Assembly (NCBI GenBank): GCA_963767275.1
Contig: CAVYDL010000001.1
Coordinates: 257,393-321,392, forward strand
Length of the DNA stretch: 64,000 bases
Direction: 5' to 3'
Source: an uncultured delta proteobacterium
GTDB taxonomy: Bacteria; Desulfobacterota; Binatia; UBA9968
Shown here: one piece after another, positions 59,237-64,000 of the stretch
How positions within the stretch are numbered: position 1 is the stretch's first letter
Layout of the letters: each line of letters opens with the position of its first letter
The notes under the pieces: generated by a model
Told to the model about the DNA's origin: nothing
The model's database searches: none
Seen by the model: the letters and a program-made list of their open reading frames with translations, nothing else
Program-made: the position numbers and the translations under genes

Positions 59237-60355
59237 TCATTTTCCCGACCGCTGCCGCGCGGCATTGATCAAATCGCCCACCGGTTTCCACTCCATCCAG
59301 TCGTGCCGGCTGATTTCTATGTAGTTGACATCTTTCTTGCGCCGCGCCGCTTCGGGGACATACTCCAGCGGCAAGTCTTCACGCATCGACGTCGTGATTT
59401 CGTCCTCGATGGTGTTATTCGCCTGGCGAAAGGCGATCTGCCCTTCGCGCGAGAGATACCAATTGATAAAAACTTTCGCGGCGTTGGCATGGGGCGCATT
59501 GTTCATTAAGGCAATCGCGCCGTTGTTGGCGCCGATACCGGGAGCCTCTTTGAAGTGATAGACGCTGGCTTCCTCCACCGGTAAACCTTGTTCGTGAGCA
59601 CGGCGCAGGCGGCAGAGGAAACAAATCGGCGCTTTGCCGGCGGCGAGCCAGTCGGTGCCCTGGCGAAAATCGCTGAAATAGGTCACGTCCATTTCGCTGT
59701 AAAAGCGCTCGAGAAACTTCGGCCCAATCTGCGGATGATGATACATGAACAGCAATGCCGTCGAGACGTAGTTGGCCCGCGGCCACAAGCCGATCATCTT
59801 GCCTTTCCATTTGGCATCGAGGAGATCCCAGACCGATTTGATCGAATCGAGATTGACCAGCTTGGTATTGTAATAAACCGGCGGGCCATACTTGGTGCTC
59901 TGGTAGACGAAGACATATTGCCCTTCAGGATCGACATACCGGTGTTTGCTTTTCCACCACTTCGACAGATCGGTCACCTCGGCCAGCATCAGCGCCGGCG
60001 CCAGCGGATCGAGAGTCTTGCCGCGGTGCAGACTGTTGTACGTCGCGCCCGGTGCGCCGAGCACGACATCGGGGTAATATTGGCTCGCCCGTCGCTCCGC
60101 CATGATCTTGGTGACGATTTCGCTGGTGGTGCTGATCGCCACGGCGTTCAACTTGATTTTGGGAAATCGCTTTTTGAAGGCATCCCAAATCACCTGAAGC
60201 TCGCCGACGGAGTTGGTCGCATAGACGCTGACCTCACCTTCCTTCTCCGCCGCCCGCACGGCATCGTCCCAACGCGCCTGCGCCGCCATAACGTCCTGGC
60301 CAAATAACAGGGTCACGAATGCTAGTGGCAACCAACTCTTCATCCAAATCTTCAT
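59237..60355 (-). CDS. Family-1 extracellular solute-binding protein.
   Basis: Signal peptide, then ...EKEGEVSVYATNSVGELQVIWDAFKKRFPKIKL... Confidence 0.7.
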   Translation of the reverse strand: MKIWMKSWLPLAFVTLLFGQDVMAAQARWDDAVRAAEKEGEVSVYATNSVGELQVIWDAFKKRFPKIKLNAVAISTTSEIVTKIMAERRASQYYPDVVLGAPGATYNSLHRGKTLDPLAPALMLAEVTDLSKWWKSKHRYVDPEGQYVFVYQSTKYGPPVYYNTKLVNLDSIKSVWDLLDAKWKGKMIGLWPRANYVSTALLFMYHHPQIGPKFLERFYSEMDVTYFSDFRQGTDWLAAGKAPICFLCRLRRAHEQGLPVEEASVYHFKEAPGIGANNGAIALMNNAPHANAAKVFINWYLSREGQIAFRQANNTIEDEITTSMREDLPLEYVPEAARRKKDVNYIEISRHDWMEWKPVGDLINAARQRSGK

Positions 60356-60392
60356 TTTTTATAGCTCTTTATAGCTCCTGATCTCTGAGGCG

Positions 60393-61370
60393 CTACTCAG
60401 TGCTGATCTCCTCGCCCAAGCCGCGCCGCTTAGCCTCCTCGAAGGCGTACACCGCCAAAGTTAGGTCGCCATAACCGCCCTGGGAGTCGCGAAAGATTCT
60501 CAAGCTGCGCGCCAAATCCGGCACCGCCACTTTACCGGTCACGACATCGCAAAATTCCGCGACGCCGTCCCAGGAAAGCTTGCCCTGCTGCGACAAGCGA
60601 ATCAGTGGCTGATCGAGCTTGGTGTCGTAATAGTTGAGTTCATGAGTTTTGCTGGGGACGCTCACCAGGTCAGCCATGAGATAAACGTCATCGTCAAACT
60701 CATTGGGCCGGCCGATGCCGAACACCGCTAGCCCAGGCCGAAGCCATTGGCCATGCAGGGCCGGCGCCGGCGAGTTAGTGCTCACTAGGACAAAATCGGC
60801 TTGCGCGATGGCCGCTTGCGGCGAGGCAACTGCGATCACCGAAGTTTTCAGCAGCGCACTGGCCGTACGCGCGAAGCCCTCGCGATTCTCCGCGCTGCGG
60901 CTGTAAACCAACACGCGCTCGATGGGACGCAACGCGCAGGCCGGCTCGAGAATCGGCAACGCCAGCCGGCCGCTGCCGATCATCGCCACGGTTTTCGCTT
61001 TGGCATCGGTGAAGCGCTCGATGGCCAGGCCGACAGTGGCGCTGATACGCAACTCGCTAAACGGGTAGCCCATTAACGACAGCAGCTTGCCCGAGCTGAT
61101 CTCAAACAACAAAGCCAACGCGCCGCCGCCGGTAACGCTGACCCGCAAACCGTTTCTATCCTGCGCCTGCAAGCCGCCGACGACCATACGCATGCCGCGA
61201 TTCATAAACCGCAGCGGCGCCACTTGCTGCACCTGACCGGCCGCTTGTTCGCGAAATGTTTGTTCGAGCACCGCCATCGCTTGGCGCAGATCCAACAAAC
61301 CCGAAACTACAGATCGTTTTAGCAGCAGCGTCACGACGCGCAACTTATCGCTGTCGAGGAAATCACACAA
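60393..61370 (-). CDS. Ornithine cyclodeaminase/mu-crystallin-family protein, paralog 2 (start uncertain).
   Basis: VAMIGSGRLALPILEPA ... FRDSQGGYGDLTLA, parallel to paralog 1 (FRESQGGYGDMALA). Confidence 0.7.
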   Translation of the reverse strand: MCDFLDSDKLRVVTLLLKRSVVSGLLDLRQAMAVLEQTFREQAAGQVQQVAPLRFMNRGMRMVVGGLQAQDRNGLRVSVTGGGALALLFEISSGKLLSLMGYPFSELRISATVGLAIERFTDAKAKTVAMIGSGRLALPILEPACALRPIERVLVYSRSAENREGFARTASALLKTSVIAVASPQAAIAQADFVLVSTNSPAPALHGQWLRPGLAVFGIGRPNEFDDDVYLMADLVSVPSKTHELNYYDTKLDQPLIRLSQQGKLSWDGVAEFCDVVTGKVAVPDLARSLRIFRDSQGGYGDLTLAVYAFEEAKRRGLGEEISTE

Positions 61371-61397
61371 CCTATCGACAAACGCCGCCCTGCGCCG

Positions 61398-62072
61398 TCA
61401 GTGCTGAATCTCATGAACCATGCTTTTTCCAGGGCAATACGTGTAGGTGTGATGGTCGTAGCGTTTTTTCTCGGACCTGTCGGTCACGCTCCAGTAGAAT
61501 TCCAGACAATGGGGCTCATTACCCAATATGAAGTCGATCTGCTTGATCGTGACCGATTCCACCCTTTCAGAATCCCTCGATCCCTCATAAATCTTATAGC
61601 CATGCTTTTTGGTTTCGCCTTCTTTCCACAAGCCGAGGGGAAATTTAAGACCGCCCGACGATGTCCGAGTGTCTTGATTGGGCCGTCCATCGTAAAGCCG
61701 GCCGAGACCGGTGCGTTCTTCGTTAATGACAAACAGTTGCCATTTTGCACCGCCCCTTTGAGGATTAATTCGCTCATAGACGGCATGGTTCTGCCCGGTC
61801 GCTGGATGTTTCCAGTCGGTAGGCCCTTTGATCGAGTAAGCGGCTTTATTGTGCCGATAGTTACCGTCGACCTTCGGCATTTTAAGTTCCTGCTTGCCAT
61901 CCCACTCGGCGCCGGTCCAAAGCTCCACCGGAATGAACCGTTCTTTTGTTTCCACATTCGTCGCGTCGTCCCATGGATTCGCTGCCGCCGTGACGGGCGC
62001 GGTAGTCGAAACCAACAGGCCCAGGATCAAACCACTCGAAATAATCCCGTACGTGCTAATCGCGCGTTTCAT
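61398..62072 (-). CDS. Secreted hypothetical protein (signal peptide, Trp/Tyr-rich, lower GC).
   Basis: MKRAISTYGIISSGLILGLLVSTTAPVTAAANPW...; no recognisable domain. Confidence 0.45.
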   Translation of the reverse strand: MKRAISTYGIISSGLILGLLVSTTAPVTAAANPWDDATNVETKERFIPVELWTGAEWDGKQELKMPKVDGNYRHNKAAYSIKGPTDWKHPATGQNHAVYERINPQRGGAKWQLFVINEERTGLGRLYDGRPNQDTRTSSGGLKFPLGLWKEGETKKHGYKIYEGSRDSERVESVTIKQIDFILGNEPHCLEFYWSVTDRSEKKRYDHHTYTYCPGKSMVHEIQH

Positions 62073-62123
62073 AGCGCACCGCCAATGGTTACGCTGTTGC
62101 ATTTGAAGTTGTCTTAAATAATT

Positions 62124-63152
62124 TCATTGCGCCAATATCTTTTTGATCCGCTCGACCACTTCTGCCGGCTGTTCGATGACTTCTTTCGCGATCTTGGCGA
62201 GTTGCTCGCCGCTAACCGGTGTAATATCGAGTTTCTTTTGCTTCGCCTCATCGAGCAGCGCTGGATCGAGCATTGCTTTTGCAAATCCGTCACGCAATAG
62301 CTTCGTTCTATCCGGCGGCGTCGCCGGATGGGTCACCATCGGCCGGCCAAGCTCACCGGAGCCGAGCATGACGACGGCGACACGGCGGCTCAACTCCGGG
62401 GTTTTGTATTCGTTCATGAGGTCTTTGAGCAGCGGCGTATCGGGCAACTGCGGGTCTTTCTTCTCGCCGGTTTGCATGAGTATCCGCACCAGGTTGGTTT
62501 TGCGCCAGGTGTGATAGGGCTCGCGGGAAAAATATGCCTGGGTGGTGAATGACCGGCAGACGACTTCGTTGCGCTCCGTGGCGATGTCGATTTCATTGCC
62601 GCCGGCATAGCCGGTGACGATGGTGAACTTGGTCCCGAGCAGCTCTTCGAGCAGGCGCGGAATGTAATGGCCGCTGGTGCCGGTGCCGGTGGCGCCGCAC
62701 TTGGGCGGCTCCTTGGCGTTGCGAATATCCTGCATGCTCTTATACGGCGCATCGCTGCGCATATAGAGCAGATGCTCCGACTTATCCGGACTGGCGAGCC
62801 AGGTGAACTTCGTCCAGTCGAATTTGATTTCTTTGTTACCCTGGAGCTGATTGAAATAGTGCGCCGGATTGATCGACGCGATGGTCAAGCCGTCCGGCTT
62901 GGCGACGCTGTAAACATAGTTGGCCGCGACGATGCCGCCGGCCGCCGGCATGTTTTGCATGATCACATTCGGATTGCCAGGAATATGTTTGCCAATATGG
63001 TTCGCCAATAGGCGCGAATAAATATCGTAGGCCGTGCCGGTCCCCGATCCGACAATAAAATTGATAGTCTTGCCCTGATAATAGGGTGTTTGCGCGCTCG
63101 CCTCCGCGCCCGGGACTAACAGTAATACCGCCAACAAAAGCAGTCGTTTCAT
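62124..63152 (-). CDS. Bug/TctC-family periplasmic solute-binding protein, intact.
   Basis: YYQGKTINFIVGSGTGTAYD...IMQNMPAAGGIVAANYVYSVAKPDGLTIA...TGYAGGNEIDIATERNEVVCRSF...LPDTPLLKDLMNEYK...ITPVSGEQLAKIAKEV. Confidence 0.75.
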   Translation of the reverse strand: MKRLLLLAVLLLVPGAEASAQTPYYQGKTINFIVGSGTGTAYDIYSRLLANHIGKHIPGNPNVIMQNMPAAGGIVAANYVYSVAKPDGLTIASINPAHYFNQLQGNKEIKFDWTKFTWLASPDKSEHLLYMRSDAPYKSMQDIRNAKEPPKCGATGTGTSGHYIPRLLEELLGTKFTIVTGYAGGNEIDIATERNEVVCRSFTTQAYFSREPYHTWRKTNLVRILMQTGEKKDPQLPDTPLLKDLMNEYKTPELSRRVAVVMLGSGELGRPMVTHPATPPDRTKLLRDGFAKAMLDPALLDEAKQKKLDITPVSGEQLAKIAKEVIEQPAEVVERIKKILAQ

Positions 63153-63785
63153 CTCATTTTCCTTTCCATAAAAAGCTTGCCAAGTCTATTCGATCCTCGC
63201 GCCGCTACTCGTTACCATCAATTGAGTTAAATTGCCAAACCAGCCGCCGCGTCAGTCGCCAGGAGTCCCATTCAAATTCTTGCAGTCGATGAAAACGCGG
63301 TGACGCAATCGAGCCGGTTTGAACGACGGGAAGCGCCGCTGACCGCCTCGCGCTCTGGCGCCTGGCCTCCGGTTATCGTGAACAAGACAAGGATCGTTAT
63401 CAGTCGAAGACTATCGCACCGAAAGAATTTACTTCTTGTTCAAGTCGGGTCGTTTGCTGCACCGTCGCGATACCCCAATTCTCGAGCCAAGCCAACATGA
63501 TTCCTAGGACACAACAAATTCGCTCGCAGTGTCGTCGCAGCATCGAAAACTGTTCACCGTATCCAGCGGGACCCGCCTGCACCGAATGGAAAGCGCTTGC
63601 CATTGATTGACAACCCGGCCATAAATACTGTTGCCTGAGGGAGCAAGTTTTCCCGCGATAGATCGAAGATTCTCGGCTAGGTCCGATTGGCAGGAGTTTC
63701 GCCAAATGAGGTAGTTTGGCCTGTCATGACCGGTATGCAACTTGCTCCAATTCCGGCCTACTAAACTTTCACTGGGAATTTATTG

Positions 63786-64000
63786 ATGGATCATAACGAC
63801 AACTGCAAAGGATGGTTGGGCAAAGGCTCCATCGTTCTGGGGCTGGGACTACTTGTATTTGGCGCGATCTTCTACAGCACGGGTGGCGGTACGAAGACTT
63901 CGACGAAACCGGCGGCAGCGCCGCTCGATCGAAATGCGCAAAGGCCGGTGCGCATCATGAACATGGCCCTCGGCCCGATGGTATTCCTCGCCCGCGAACT
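63786..64000 (+). CDS. 5' fragment of a hypothetical membrane-anchored protein; runs off the window.
   Basis: ATG at 63786, MDHNDNCKGWLGKGSIVLGLGLLVFGAIFYSTGGG... one TM helix; open to the window end. Confidence 0.3.
   Translation, partial: MDHNDNCKGWLGKGSIVLGLGLLVFGAIFYSTGGGTKTSTKPAAAPLDRNAQRPVRIMNMALGPMVFLARE

Noticed and set aside
1-64000. tRNA, rRNA, transposase, integrase or phage genes
   Set aside because: No cloverleaf-compatible conserved tRNA motif (e.g. GTTCGA T-loop context with an acceptor stem) was found. There are no rRNA-like stretches and no ORF with DDE or tyrosine-recombinase signatures. The mobile-like DNA here is limited to non-autonomous repeats.

Overview
This is a high-GC (about 62-66%) bacterial chromosomal segment with near-continuous coding and three or more AT-richer islets. 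It contains: (i) a sulfur-oxidation module, with a YeeE/YedE transporter and SoxZ-SoxY on the minus strand and FccB-FccA (flavocytochrome c sulfide dehydrogenase) diverging from them on the plus strand; (ii) five tandem paralogous MFS transporters followed by a class I SAM methyltransferase; (iii) a long run of orphan periplasmic solute-binding proteins (5 Bug/TctC-like, 4 NMT1/NitT-TauT-like, 4 family-1 PotD/AfuA-like) interleaved with hydrolases (MBL-fold, alpha/beta, M24 creatinase-like, amidohydrolase-2, ornithine cyclodeaminase-like, VOC) and one complete Fe3+/polyamine-type ABC importer; (iv) a small DUF4160-DUF2442 cassette with an AT-rich orphan gene, inserted between direct repeats derived from the 3' end of an SBP gene. 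No rRNA, tRNA, CRISPR array, transposase or integrase was recognised. Two things stand out. First, many genes (about 18) show apparent frameshifts. Second, there are at least three families of short intergenic repeats: tandem TTGAAC/GTTCAA hexamers, CACGAAG hairpins, and MITE-like palindromes of about 100-130 bp. The ORF track translates non-ATG starts (TTG/GTG) as M. Coordinates are 1-based; frameshift positions are approximate.
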